In this document: positions 1-10,777 of the stretch, in pieces | How the letters are laid out: the number at the start of each line of letters is the position of its first letter | How positions within the stretch are numbered: the stretch's first letter is position 1 | NCBI GenBank assembly: GCA_043815505.1 | Contig: JBDRIV010000004.1 | Span: forward strand, 113,671-177,670 | DNA length: 64,000 nucleotides | Direction of reading: 5' to 3' | Origin: a bacterium | GTDB lineage: Bacteria; Patescibacteriota; JABMPQ01; JBDRIV01 | Notes under the pieces: model-generated | The model's database searches: none | What the model was told of the DNA's origin: nothing | What the model saw: the letters and a program-made list of their open reading frames with translations, nothing else | Program-made: the position numbers and the translations under genes

Positions 1-737
1 TGGCCATATGATTTACTCCTTTTGAATGTTTTTTGGTTCGCCAGTCCGCCAAGATTGGCGGGTTGAATTTCAGTCAATGCTAAAGTTTACCCGATCTCCT
101 AAAACGTCTAATTTACCCATTTCCTTTTTCTAAGGCTTGTAGTATCAGTTGTTTGGACATGTAGCGGTTATAATATACACAACATACGAGTCCAGAACAA
201 AGCTACATATACCCCATTTATCCGAGTAAATTACGGTTTTACTGTGGCTATCGGTTTTCCTTCAGTCATTGCTGAAACTATTGAACGAAGATGTGCAGGT
301 GTGGGTCACGCGGTATGAAAAACATGAATGTTATCAATACGCGACCCACACCTTTAATGAATTTTGAAGGAGGATAATTTATCCTAAACAGTTCTATTAC
401 AGTCAAACTAGTCCCCCTCCTTCTTTTTTTAAGTACCATCTCTTATTAAAGACATGGCGCCCCTTTCTTCCTGGTGGCACATTTTGATTATATCAGCATT
501 TATTCCGGTGATGCTGAATTGGAAGAAGCCGAGCACAATAATAAATTCATTCCTCCACAAGATGTGCCAATATTTTATTTTAACAGTTACTTTACAGCGC
601 GTTGGCACATTACATTATTGTACGCCCTTAAAAGTAACGGTGTATTGTATTACTAATGAATAATTTTGTCAAGTATTTATTCTTATATAGTTTCCTATCA
701 CTATTAAATGGCTCACAAAAGCCATTTATACACATTT

Positions 738-1979
738 TTACACAGTAATTCCGGGTGGTGGAAAGTCCTTACAGAAGCTTAATACTTCATTTTTTACCCC
801 CTTTATCGTATTCTCATTTTCCGGATCTTGCACAATTCTATCCATCCATTTAGCAATTCTTTCCATCTCTTTTTCCTTCATTCCCCGAGATGTTATAGCC
901 GGAGTACCAAGTCTAATTCCTGATGGCTTAAGTGGTGGATTCGTGTCGTAGGGAACTGTATTGGCGTTGCAAATGATGCCAGCAACTGCCAGCGCCTTGG
1001 CAGTTTTTTTACCGCTCAAACTTTTATTTGTCATATCAATTAGCAATAAATGATTATCAGTTCCACCGGTCACAAGTTCAAAACCTTTTTCCAATAATTT
1101 TTCTGCCAGCGCTTTAGCATTGGCTACAATTTGCTTGGCATATTCTTTAAATTCATCTGTCGCAGCTTCTTTCAAAGCAACCGCAATAGCAGCGGTCGTA
1201 TTATTGTGTGGTCCGCCTTGCAGTCCTGGAAAAATTGCCCTATCAATTTTTTCGGCTAATTCTTCTTTACACATTATCATGCCACCACGTGGTCCACGTA
1301 AAGTTTTATGAGTGGTGGTTGTTACAACATCAGCCACACCAACTGGTGAGGGATGAACTCCACCAGCTATTAATCCCGCAATATGAGCAATGTCAGCTAG
1401 AAGATATGCTCCAACACTATCTGCCACCTCACGAAACTTGTACCAATCAATAACTCGCGGATAAGCTGTGGCACCAGCAATAATTAGTTTTGGTTTTTCT
1501 TTTAAAACTTGATCGCGTAGAGTATCAAAATTAATAAGTTTTGTTTCTTTATCAACTGTATATTGAACCGATTCAAATATTTTAGCGGTCGCACTAACAT
1601 TCCAACCGTGAGTCAAATGTCCGCCGTGTAACAAATTCATTCCCATAATTTTATCACCCGGCTCTAAAAGTCCCATGTAAACTGCTAAATTGGCCGGACT
1701 ACCAGAATAAGGTTGTACATTTACATGTTCAGCCTTAAATAATTCTTTAGCGCGCGCAATGGCCAACTCTTCAATCTCATCAATAAATTCTTGTCCTTCA
1801 TAATATCTTTTATGAGCATAACCTTCAGAATATTTGTTGGTCAAAATAGAACCAGTTGCTTCCATCACAGCCTCGGAAGCATAATTCTCTGATGGAATCA
1901 AACGAATAACTTCTGCTTGACGCTTGTTTTCAGAATTTATTAGTTCATAAATTTTGGAGTCACTTTGTTTCAGAGACAT
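738..1979 (-). CDS. glyA: serine hydroxymethyltransferase
   Basis: 413 aa ORF; SHMT PLP-lysine region TTTTHKTLRGPRGG and overall SHMT-like sequence. Confidence 0.9.
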   Translation of the reverse strand: MSLKQSDSKIYELINSENKRQAEVIRLIPSENYASEAVMEATGSILTNKYSEGYAHKRYYEGQEFIDEIEELAIARAKELFKAEHVNVQPYSGSPANLAVYMGLLEPGDKIMGMNLLHGGHLTHGWNVSATAKIFESVQYTVDKETKLINFDTLRDQVLKEKPKLIIAGATAYPRVIDWYKFREVADSVGAYLLADIAHIAGLIAGGVHPSPVGVADVVTTTTHKTLRGPRGGMIMCKEELAEKIDRAIFPGLQGGPHNNTTAAIAVALKEAATDEFKEYAKQIVANAKALAEKLLEKGFELVTGGTDNHLLLIDMTNKSLSGKKTAKALAVAGIICNANTVPYDTNPPLKPSGIRLGTPAITSRGMKEKEMERIAKWMDRIVQDPENENTIKGVKNEVLSFCKDFPPPGITV

Positions 1980-3141
1980 ATTCTTCTTTTTCGTTTAGAA
2001 ATAAATATAGCAAGGAATAAAAAGCGGCTGGTATAAACACGTAAGCTAAATTATCGGTATAATAAACAATTATAAAACAAATGATGGCTGCCAGTATTCT
2101 ACCAAGATTTAAGCTAAGTTGAAATAGGTTGACTCCTTTCATAACGCCGTGGCGGGAAGCGTGACCATAAGCTGAAGCCATTACCGGAATACCGATAGAA
2201 TTTCTGGCGGTGCGAGAAAAAACATCTATAAAGAAAGCTTGGGGAGCAGAACGAATAAAAACTTTCACTATTAAAACCACAAAGTAAACAATTGATCCGG
2301 TTTTTAGGATATTTTTCTTTTTATCAGCTTGTTTGCCTACAGCCAACATAATTAAAACGGTAATAAGGGTTGAAAAAGCAACAATTGAGCCGAGCGCAAA
2401 AGTATCTTGTACAACTAAGTAAATAAAAACTGGCCAAAGAATACAGGTCATAAAATCCTCGGCCACGCCCATATAGCCGAGAACGCGGCGACGGTTTTCT
2501 TTTTTAAATAGGCGTTTATAAGCCTTGGTGTAACTGAATTTACTTGGTGTAAATTTTTCTTTGGTTGTAAAAATAGGAATAATGGATATAAAAAGCAAAA
2601 TTGCAACTATTACAAACAAAGTGCTAAAATTAGAAATTTTTAAGATTAATCCACCAAGAAAGGGGGCAGCGATGGTTACGGTTAACACCAAGCTTTTCAA
2701 CTTACCAATTTCTTTACCGCGCTGATCTTGACTGCCATAAAAAGCCAAATCGCCATGATAAGCTGGCCAAAATATAGTTCGAAAAAAAACCAACAAAAAC
2801 ATCGCCAACGGCAACAACCACAAATAAAATTGCAACATGTAAAGCACAATAAAATAACCAATCAGAATTGGAATTGAATAAAAAATGTTGTGTTCAAAAC
2901 CAAAATGAGCTGACATTTTAGCACCAAACGGTAACAACAAAAAATAAAAGAAAGCAACAAATCCATAAAACATTATTACTTGCAGAATAGATAATCCTAA
3001 ACTGATAAAATAAATCGGCTCAAAAAGCGAAAACATACTCCGCGCAAACTGCTGAATTATAAAAGTTAAGTACAATTCGTTTATTTCCCGACGTGCTTTA
3101 TGATCCAGATAGGAATAATGTGGTTGTGTTTCAGTTGGCAT
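1960..3141 (-). CDS. hypothetical polytopic membrane protein
   Basis: 393 aa ORF with many hydrophobic segments; no recognised motif. Confidence 0.45.
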   Translation of the reverse strand: MPTETQPHYSYLDHKARREINELYLTFIIQQFARSMFSLFEPIYFISLGLSILQVIMFYGFVAFFYFLLLPFGAKMSAHFGFEHNIFYSIPILIGYFIVLYMLQFYLWLLPLAMFLLVFFRTIFWPAYHGDLAFYGSQDQRGKEIGKLKSLVLTVTIAAPFLGGLILKISNFSTLFVIVAILLFISIIPIFTTKEKFTPSKFSYTKAYKRLFKKENRRRVLGYMGVAEDFMTCILWPVFIYLVVQDTFALGSIVAFSTLITVLIMLAVGKQADKKKNILKTGSIVYFVVLIVKVFIRSAPQAFFIDVFSRTARNSIGIPVMASAYGHASRHGVMKGVNLFQLSLNLGRILAAIICFIIVYYTDNLAYVFIPAAFYSLLYLFLNEKEEYVSETK

Positions 3142-3754
3142 TTTGTATTGCTTTTTTAATTTGCTCTAAAGTTATTTTTCCAGTGCGCACAATTTTAGGT
3201 TCTTCTGCGGTTAAATCTACAATAGTTGAATTAGGATTTTCTTCTAAATCACCCGCATCAACTAGCATTTTTATTTGTTTTAACTCAGCAAAATTTTTAG
3301 CCTTACTAATTTTATAAATTGGTTCTAAACCAGATTCATTTAAACTGGTAGAAATTAGAGGAAAGTCTATAGCGTTAAAAAGCTCATTTATAACTGGATA
3401 ATTAGAAATTCTTATCGCCAGTGTTTTATTCATACCTAAATAAGTGGGACAAGAATCCTTTTTCTTTAGAATAACAGATAAACCATCATTCGGAAATGCT
3501 CTTAAAATTGCTTTAGCTTCGTCATTCATTTCAACAATTTCACTTGCCATGGTTTTGTCTTTTACTAAAACGAGAAAAGATTTACTCTTTTCTCTTTGCT
3601 TTATTTGTTCTATTTCCTCTACCAAATCCTTTTTATAAATGGAACAAGAAAGTCCATATGAAGTTTCGGTAGGTAACACCACAACATAATTTTCTAAAGC
3701 TGTGGCAATTAATTCTTTATTTTTAGGCAAATTTGAGGCTAAAATATGTTGCAT
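3131..3754 (-). CDS. tsaC: L-threonylcarbamoyladenylate synthase (Sua5/YrdC/YwlC family)
   Basis: 207 aa; YrdC-like LPTETSYGL motif. Confidence 0.7.
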   Translation of the reverse strand: MQHILASNLPKNKELIATALENYVVVLPTETSYGLSCSIYKKDLVEEIEQIKQREKSKSFLVLVKDKTMASEIVEMNDEAKAILRAFPNDGLSVILKKKDSCPTYLGMNKTLAIRISNYPVINELFNAIDFPLISTSLNESGLEPIYKISKAKNFAELKQIKMLVDAGDLEENPNSTIVDLTAEEPKIVRTGKITLEQIKKAIQNAN

Positions 3755-3835
3755 AGAAATCTTAAACTATTGTGCGACGCGTTAGATTTTTAGTAAATTG
3801 TGCGACACCTCCCCATCATTACACAAAAAAACAGT

Positions 3836-4621
3836 TTAGTTTTTCTTTTCTCTGGCTGCTTGTAACTGTTCTGGTGTATTTACACCATGCCATTCAGCTA
3901 AGTTTTCCAATTTATAAGCAATTACTCTTTCTCTATTCTCTTCTAGGGCCAGTTTAATCAAATCTGGTGCAATTAATTCACCCTTGCCAGTTGTTGAAGG
4001 TTGAAGTTTGGTTATGGAAGCTGCAAGCCATTTTTTATTAAATAAATAGAAACCGGCATTTATTTCTGTGAATTTCCACAAATCCTCTGTCATTGATTCT
4101 TTCTCCACAATTTGTAACACTTTGCCATCATCATCCCGAATCACGCGACCAATGTCACGTGTTTCCGGATACTCAACGGTAATAAAACTTAATAAAGCAT
4201 TATTTTTAATATGGCAATCAATAAAATTAGCGATCGTTTTTTTCTGGTAAAAAGCAGAGTCATCACCTTGAAGGGCGAGTACGTATTCTGACTTGTCAGA
4301 AACTTCTGCTAATCCACAACCAATTGCGTGTCCAGTACCAAGCTGTTCTTCTTGAACAGCATATTTAACGCGATCACCAAAATAATCTTGAATCATGGCT
4401 CTTTTATAACCAACAACAAGAATTTTCTCTAAGATCTCCAGTGATTCTAAAAGTTCCACCGAATATTCCACCATGGGTTTTCCGTTTAATTCCATTAAAA
4501 CTTTAGGAATTTCGGCTGGCTGACCATTATTAATTCTGGTGCCTTTGCCGGCAGCTAAAACTACGGCTGAAATGTTTGTATATTTTGACATAATAAAATA
4601 GAGCCTTAATAGTTTGCTCAA
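3836..4621 (-). CDS. sugar-phosphate nucleotidyltransferase
   Basis: AVVLAAGKGTRI nucleotidyltransferase glycine-rich loop near the N-terminus; true start may be the internal Met (MSKYTNIS...). Confidence 0.65.
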   Translation of the reverse strand: MSKLLRLYFIMSKYTNISAVVLAAGKGTRINNGQPAEIPKVLMELNGKPMVEYSVELLESLEILEKILVVGYKRAMIQDYFGDRVKYAVQEEQLGTGHAIGCGLAEVSDKSEYVLALQGDDSAFYQKKTIANFIDCHIKNNALLSFITVEYPETRDIGRVIRDDDGKVLQIVEKESMTEDLWKFTEINAGFYLFNKKWLAASITKLQPSTTGKGELIAPDLIKLALEENRERVIAYKLENLAEWHGVNTPEQLQAAREKKN

Positions 4622-4624
4622 ATA

Positions 4625-7507
4625 CTATTGTACCACAAAATTAAGAATTTTACCCGGTACAAATATGGTTTTAATAATCTTTTTATCCGCAAGACTTTTC
4701 TTAACCTTATCGTCGTTTTCAGCCAGTTTTATAATTTCTTTTTCCGCAGTATCTTTTTTAACTTGCAAAGTTGCTTTTAATTTGCCGTTAACTTGAATAA
4801 CAATTTCAACTTCTTCTTCTCTAACTACTTTTTTATCATACTGAGGCCATTGTGATGCGGTAATATCAGTTTTTTCCATTTGTGACCAGAGCTCAGAAGT
4901 AATGTGTGGAGCAAAAGGAAATAGAATTTGCAAAAATCTTTTTAGTTGATCATGAGAAACCGACTTAGAATTTTCAAATTCGCGAGCCAGAATCATCATT
5001 TTAGAAATGGCAGTATTGAATTTTAACGCTTCAATATCATCGGTAACTTTTTTAATGGTTTGTTGTAAAAGTTTTTCAATCTCACTTGAACCTTTAGTGT
5101 TGTCAGCAATAATTCTTTCCGAAATTTTCCAAATGCGCTCAACAAATCGTCTCACACCAACAATTCCTTTAGTGCTCCATGGTTTAGAATCTTCCAAAGG
5201 ACCCATAAACATTTCGAACATGCGCATAGCATCAGCGCCATATTCCGCTATTACATCGTCAGGATTTATAACATTGCCCCAACGTTTACTCATTTTACGC
5301 GAATCTTCTGCCAAAATAATTCCTTGATTGCGAATCTTTATAAATGGTTCATCAAAATCTAAGAATTTTAGGTCACGCAAGGCTTTGGTAATAAAGCGAG
5401 CATAAATAAGATGACCAACTGCATGTTCCATACCACCAACATATAAATCAACCGGCAGGAAGAATTTGGCCTTATCTTTGCCAAAAGGCTCTTTATCGTT
5501 TTTTGGATCCAGGAAGCGCAAGAAGTACCAAGAGGAACAAACAAAAGTATCTAGCGTGTCATTTTCTCGTCTGGCTTTGCCAGAACATTTTGGGCATTTT
5601 ACATCATGGAAGGTTTTGGAACTTTTAAGTGGGGACTCGCCAGTTGGTTTAAAATCAACATCTTCGGGAAGTTTAATGGGTAAATCTTTTTCTGGGACGG
5701 GAACTTCACCGCATTTATCACAATAAACAATGGGAATGGGTGCACCCCAATATCGCTGGCGGGAAACCAACCAATCACGAATTTTATATTGAACCTGTTT
5801 TTTGCCTTTAACAAATTTAGTAATTTTTTCTTTAGCAGTTTCTGAATCCAGTCCGTTAAATTGGCCTGAATTAATCATAACACCTTTGCCAGAATAAACT
5901 TCGGTTTTATTGTTCATTCGATCCAACCAAATATCCATCTCACTATGAGTCATGTTATCAACTGTTAGTTTGGAAATATCTTGCCAAACATAATCATGAA
6001 TTTCTTTTTCTTCTGCTGATATTTCATCTTTTTCATCATTATCTAAATCTAAACTAACAAGACTTGTGTAAGCAATTCTGTTTTCCTTTTTATGATTAGC
6101 ATAATAGTTTGCTTTTACCTGACCACCAAGCACTTTAGCATTTTTAAAGTTTTTATAACCCGTTTCTTCTTTCACTTCTCGCATAGCGGCCTCAATTAAA
6201 CTTTCATCATCATCAACACCGCCCATCGGAAAGGTTGTCCAAGGAAACTTTTTCCATTTCAATATTAGAACCTTGTTGTTCTTTGGATTACGAACCAAAA
6301 CATGAATAATCTTTCTAACAACTTCTTTTTTATCAGGTTGGGGAGGATTTTTTTCATCCGTTCTTTCTGGAATAACAACTTCTTCAATTGGTAAATTATA
6401 TTTCTTAGCAAACTCATTATCGCGCTGATCATGAGCTGGGACGGCCATTATAGAACCTGTGCCGTAATCAAGTAGAACGTAATCGGCCACCCAAATTGGT
6501 ATCTCTTTTTTAGTGGCGGGATTTATGGCAGAAATTCCTTTTATTTCCACACCAGTTTTTTCTTTGGCTAAATCGGTTCGTTCCAATTTATTTTTCTTTT
6601 GCGCCTGCTTAATATATTCTTCAACTTCTGACCAGTTAGAAATTTCATTTTTTAAATCTTGCAAAACTTTGTGTTCTGGCGCAATAACCATGTAAGTAGC
6701 GCCAAAAAGAGTGTCTGGACGCGTTGTAAACACCTCTAAAGCCTTATTTTTGGCTGTAAGAGCGAATTTTATGCTCGCACCCTCAGATTTACCAATCCAG
6801 TTCTTTTGCGTTGTTTTAAGCGATTCTGACCAATCTAAATCATCAATTTTTTCTAATATTTCCTCAACATAAGCAGTTTGTTTAAAAAACCACTGTTCCA
6901 ATTCTTTTTGAATAACTTCTGCACCACAACGTTCACATTTACCATCAATAACTTGCTCGTTAGCCAAAACAGTTTTACAGTCATCACACCAATTTACTGG
7001 CGCTGATTTTTTATAAGCCAAACCTTTTTTATATAATTGCAAAAATAACCACTGCGTCCATTTATAAAATTTAGGATCAGAAGTATTTATTTCGCGATCC
7101 CAATCATAAGATAAACCAATGGCCTTAATTTGTTTTTTGAAGTTGGCAATATTAATTTCAGTTTTTTTGGCTGGATGTGTTCCAGTTTTTATAGCAAAGT
7201 TTTCTGCTGGCAATCCAAAAGAATCCCAACCCATGGGATGTAAAACTTCAAAACCATTTAATCTTTTGTGATGTGAGATAATATCGGTGGCTGTATATCC
7301 TTCTGGATGTCCAACGTGTAATCCATCTCCTGATGGATATGGAAACATGTCTAAGCAATAGAATTTTTTCTTATCGGTGGGGAAGTCAGTTGAAAAAGTT
7401 TTTTCCTCTTCCCATTTCTTTTGCCATTTTGATTCAATTTTTTGATGGTTATATTCGTACATATCAGATGTTAAATACCCTCTTAGCATTGTGCGACGCA
7501 TGGGCAA
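4625..7507 (-). CDS. leuS: leucyl-tRNA synthetase
   Basis: 960 aa class I aaRS; HVGHPEGY (HIGH) and KMSKRWGN (KMSKS) motifs; start is TTG at 7507 or ATG at 7501. Confidence 0.9.
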   Translation of the reverse strand: MPMRRTMLRGYLTSDMYEYNHQKIESKWQKKWEEEKTFSTDFPTDKKKFYCLDMFPYPSGDGLHVGHPEGYTATDIISHHKRLNGFEVLHPMGWDSFGLPAENFAIKTGTHPAKKTEINIANFKKQIKAIGLSYDWDREINTSDPKFYKWTQWLFLQLYKKGLAYKKSAPVNWCDDCKTVLANEQVIDGKCERCGAEVIQKELEQWFFKQTAYVEEILEKIDDLDWSESLKTTQKNWIGKSEGASIKFALTAKNKALEVFTTRPDTLFGATYMVIAPEHKVLQDLKNEISNWSEVEEYIKQAQKKNKLERTDLAKEKTGVEIKGISAINPATKKEIPIWVADYVLLDYGTGSIMAVPAHDQRDNEFAKKYNLPIEEVVIPERTDEKNPPQPDKKEVVRKIIHVLVRNPKNNKVLILKWKKFPWTTFPMGGVDDDESLIEAAMREVKEETGYKNFKNAKVLGGQVKANYYANHKKENRIAYTSLVSLDLDNDEKDEISAEEKEIHDYVWQDISKLTVDNMTHSEMDIWLDRMNNKTEVYSGKGVMINSGQFNGLDSETAKEKITKFVKGKKQVQYKIRDWLVSRQRYWGAPIPIVYCDKCGEVPVPEKDLPIKLPEDVDFKPTGESPLKSSKTFHDVKCPKCSGKARRENDTLDTFVCSSWYFLRFLDPKNDKEPFGKDKAKFFLPVDLYVGGMEHAVGHLIYARFITKALRDLKFLDFDEPFIKIRNQGIILAEDSRKMSKRWGNVINPDDVIAEYGADAMRMFEMFMGPLEDSKPWSTKGIVGVRRFVERIWKISERIIADNTKGSSEIEKLLQQTIKKVTDDIEALKFNTAISKMMILAREFENSKSVSHDQLKRFLQILFPFAPHITSELWSQMEKTDITASQWPQYDKKVVREEEVEIVIQVNGKLKATLQVKKDTAEKEIIKLAENDDKVKKSLADKKIIKTIFVPGKILNFVVQ

Positions 7508-8225
7508 TTATTTTATCGATCGCTTTTCCTTTTAACTCCGCGACTCTTTTGTAAATATACTTTACATTAGCAGGTTCATTGCGTTCTCCCCTCACTGCTT
7601 GCGGAGAAAGATAGGGAGCGTCCGTTTCAATCATAAACTTGTCCAAAGGAATTTCTTTTACCACTTCATATAGTTCATCATTTTTTGGATACGTAATAAT
7701 TCCCGTAAAAGAAATTGTGAATCCTAAATCTAAAAACAATTTCGCCTCTTCCCTACTCCCGGCAAAGCAATGTAGGTTTCCTTTTAGCCATCCTTCATGC
7801 TTTATCACCTCGGCCATATCTTTATAGGAATTCCGGCAATGAAGCATTAGTGGCAAATCATTTTCTTGTGCAATTCTAATTTGCTCTACTAAAAGTCTTC
7901 TTTGTAGTTTTTTCTCATCATCAGAAATTTCCCCGAAAAAATCTAAACCGCATTCCCCCACTGCCACAACCTTATTTTTCTTGGCCATCTTGGCAATCCT
8001 TATTACGTCTTCATCGCCATATTTTTTGGCTGCATGAGGATGAATACCAACTGAAGCCCAAACGAAATCGTACTTTTTGGCTAACACAAGGGATTTCTTA
8101 CTGGTTCTTGCATCAACACCAACGTTTATAATTTTCTCAATTCCCTCTTCATGATTCTCTTTTATTACCTTGTCGCGATCAGAATTAAATTTCTTAAAAT
8201 CTAAATGCGCGTGAATGTCATTCAT
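7464..8225 (-). CDS. TatD-family metal-dependent DNase/hydrolase
   Basis: 253 aa; TatD-like H..H..GIHPH, GECGLD, ETDAPYL motifs. Confidence 0.8.
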   Translation of the reverse strand: MNDIHAHLDFKKFNSDRDKVIKENHEEGIEKIINVGVDARTSKKSLVLAKKYDFVWASVGIHPHAAKKYGDEDVIRIAKMAKKNKVVAVGECGLDFFGEISDDEKKLQRRLLVEQIRIAQENDLPLMLHCRNSYKDMAEVIKHEGWLKGNLHCFAGSREEAKLFLDLGFTISFTGIITYPKNDELYEVVKEIPLDKFMIETDAPYLSPQAVRGERNEPANVKYIYKRVAELKGKAIDKIIAHASHNAKRVFNI

Positions 8226-8229
8226 AAAT

Positions 8230-9831
8230 TTATTTATCTTGTCCTGAGCCTGTCGAAGGATCCTCTAGTCTTGGAAATAATGGTTCTGCTTTTTGAATTT
8301 CATTAATATCAAGTTTATTATTCTTAACATCAATACCTAATTGTTTAAATATCTCATTTTCTGTTTCCGGCATGATGTGTTTCAAATAATAAGCAATATA
8401 TACTAATGCGTTAACAATATTCCATAGTATTTCGTACACTTTTTCTTTTTTGTTTTTCTTGAACAGAGTCCATGGTTCAGTATCGGCAATATACTTATTT
8501 GTTTTATCTACTTTTTCCCAAATAACTTTGATTACCTTATCAAATTCAAAATTTTCATAATACTTTTTTACTTCTTCCTCATTAAATCTCAATTCTTTGT
8601 TTTGAGTTTTAGAATATATAGTTTTAAAAGGGACTTTTTTATTTTCTGTATATTTTTCAATCATAGTAACCGTTCGAGACAATAAATTTCCCAAACCATC
8701 TGCTAGCTCACCTTTGTATCGCGCTTCCAGTTTTTTAATTGAAAAATCACCATCATCTCCGAACGGGATTTCGCGCAACATAAAATAGCGCAGAACGTCA
8801 TTTCCATATTTTTCAGATAATTCCAACGGATCAATGGTATTCCCAAGTGATTTACTAATTTTTTTACCATTCAATGTAAAGAATCCATGAACATATATTT
8901 GTTTCGGTAAAGGTAGTCCGGCTGACATTAGCATTGCCGGCCACAGAGCACAATGAAATTTGGTGATGTCTTTACCAATTAAATGTGTACCTGGCCAAAA
9001 CTTTTTCATTTTATAATCATTATCTATTCCGAAATCTAACGCAGAAATGTAATTTATTAAAGCATCAAACCAAACATAGAAAACATGATCTTTTTCACCG
9101 GGCACAGGAATGCCCCACTTAATATCACCTGAGCGAGAAATACTTATATCTTCCATTTCATCTTTTATATAATTTATTATTTCTCTCTTCCTTTTTTCAG
9201 GTTTTATAAAATCAGGATTGGTTTTTATATATTCAAGCAATTTTTCCCTATATTCTGAAAGTTTAAAAAATAGGTTATCTTCTTCAATCTCTTTTAAGGC
9301 TTCTTTATGATCAGGACACTTTCCATCAACCAAGTCGGATTCCTTTTTAAAAGCTTCACAACCAACACAATATAGGCCTATATACTTTCCTTTGTAAATA
9401 TCTCCTTTTGCCTTAATTAAGCCATATAACTTCTCAACAGCTCTAATATGTCGTTTTTCTGTTGTATGTATAAAGCTTTCCTTTTTATTTGATCTTACAA
9501 TACTTAAGCCGAGCTTTTCCCATGTATCAAACCAAATATCATTCATTTCTTTCAAATATTCTTCTGGGGATTTTTTAGCTTTTTCGGCTGCTTGTATGGT
9601 TTTTAAACTATTTTCATCAGTACCAGTCATTAACAAACCTTCTACATTATTCACCTTTTTACTCCGGATAATTTCACCTGCACCAGTCATTAAGCTTTTA
9701 GTTCTATTAATGCTTGTATGAAAACGTAATGCCACGTCCGCCATAATTGTAGTATAAGCATGACCAATATGTGGTTTGTCGTTAACGTAATAAATTGGAG
9801 TTGTGATATAAAATGTATTTTTTTCTGCCAT
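8230..9831 (-). CDS. metG: methionyl-tRNA synthetase
   Basis: 533 aa; PHIGHAYT (HIGH) and KISKSLGN (KMSKS). Confidence 0.9.
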   Translation of the reverse strand: MAEKNTFYITTPIYYVNDKPHIGHAYTTIMADVALRFHTSINRTKSLMTGAGEIIRSKKVNNVEGLLMTGTDENSLKTIQAAEKAKKSPEEYLKEMNDIWFDTWEKLGLSIVRSNKKESFIHTTEKRHIRAVEKLYGLIKAKGDIYKGKYIGLYCVGCEAFKKESDLVDGKCPDHKEALKEIEEDNLFFKLSEYREKLLEYIKTNPDFIKPEKRKREIINYIKDEMEDISISRSGDIKWGIPVPGEKDHVFYVWFDALINYISALDFGIDNDYKMKKFWPGTHLIGKDITKFHCALWPAMLMSAGLPLPKQIYVHGFFTLNGKKISKSLGNTIDPLELSEKYGNDVLRYFMLREIPFGDDGDFSIKKLEARYKGELADGLGNLLSRTVTMIEKYTENKKVPFKTIYSKTQNKELRFNEEEVKKYYENFEFDKVIKVIWEKVDKTNKYIADTEPWTLFKKNKKEKVYEILWNIVNALVYIAYYLKHIMPETENEIFKQLGIDVKNNKLDINEIQKAEPLFPRLEDPSTGSGQDK

Positions 9832-10559
9832 TATAATTTCCTTAAAACAATTACAAATTCCCCTTTTAATTTTTTATCCTTTATTTGAGCGCTAACTTCT
9901 GCCGTTGTACCCCTAAATTTTTCTTCATACATTTTTGTTAGTTCACGGGCTACCATTATTTCTCTATCTGGTTGCCTACTAGAAATTTCTGCTACTGTTT
10001 TTATGATTCTAAATGGTGATTCATACAATACTGTTGTTTCTGTAGTTTCTGCTAGCTCATTAAAAAATGTTTCTCTCCCCTTTTTTACTGGCACATAACC
10101 TTTGAAAACAAATTGCTGGGTGGGAAATCCAGAAATGCTTAAAGCAGAAATTACAGCGGACGGTCCGGGAATTGCTTGAACATCAGCTTTAGTTTCTACT
10201 ACTACTTTTTCTACTAATCTGGAACCAGGATCAGAAATGGCTGGTGTACCAGCATCAGAAACAAGAGCCACCTGTTTTCCGCTTTTTAACTCCTTCACAA
10301 TTTCATCTGCTTTCAAGTCGTGATTATGTTCGTTGTAAGAAGATAAGGGTACGGAAAAATCATAAGCGTCCAGGATTTTTTTTGTTTGTCTGGTGTCCTC
10401 GCAAAATATAATATCTACCGCTTGTAAAATGTTTAGCGCTCTAGTTGAAATATCGTCAAGATTTCCAATGGGAGTGGCAACCACAAACAGCGTGCCAAGT
10501 TGTTTTCTTTCGCTTGTCATATAGAGATGGTTATGAAATTCACTTTCGTTGCGAAGCAT
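9831..10559 (-). CDS. rsmI: 16S rRNA (cytidine1402-2'-O)-methyltransferase
   Basis: 242 aa tetrapyrrole-methylase fold; LFVVATPIGNLDDIS N-terminus typical of RsmI. Confidence 0.8.
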   Translation of the reverse strand: MLRNESEFHNHLYMTSERKQLGTLFVVATPIGNLDDISTRALNILQAVDIIFCEDTRQTKKILDAYDFSVPLSSYNEHNHDLKADEIVKELKSGKQVALVSDAGTPAISDPGSRLVEKVVVETKADVQAIPGPSAVISALSISGFPTQQFVFKGYVPVKKGRETFFNELAETTETTVLYESPFRIIKTVAEISSRQPDREIMVARELTKMYEEKFRGTTAEVSAQIKDKKLKGEFVIVLRKL

Positions 10560-10560
10560 T

Positions 10561-10650
10561 CAAATTTTGTAGCGAAAAAAGTGAATGGCGACAAGCTTAT
10601 GTTGAAAAACATAGGCGAGAAGAAATGAACTTTTTGCAGCCAAAATTTGG
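10561..10650. repeat. copy 1 of a roughly 90-nt conserved leader-like element (upstream of rsmI)
   Basis: About 70% identical to 33634-33720; shared words TAGCGAAAA, GCTTATG, CATAGGCGA, GGCGACAAGCT. Confidence 0.45.
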
Positions 10651-10730
10651 TTGCTGTAGTAGATAGTGAATTTTATAAGTATCTCTCAATAGAATACCCT
10701 ACTTTTACCTTTGTTTCAAGCACAAAAAAA

Positions 10731-10769
10731 CCGCCCAGCTTCAGTTACAAAAAAACTGAGGCTGGGCGG
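10731..10769 (-). terminator. intrinsic terminator downstream of the AI-2E transporter gene
   Basis: CCGCCCAGCTTCAGTT/AACTGAGGCTGGGCGG hairpin, followed by a U-run on the minus strand (A7 at 10724-10730 on plus). Confidence 0.6.
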
Positions 10770-10777
10770 AAAATAAA

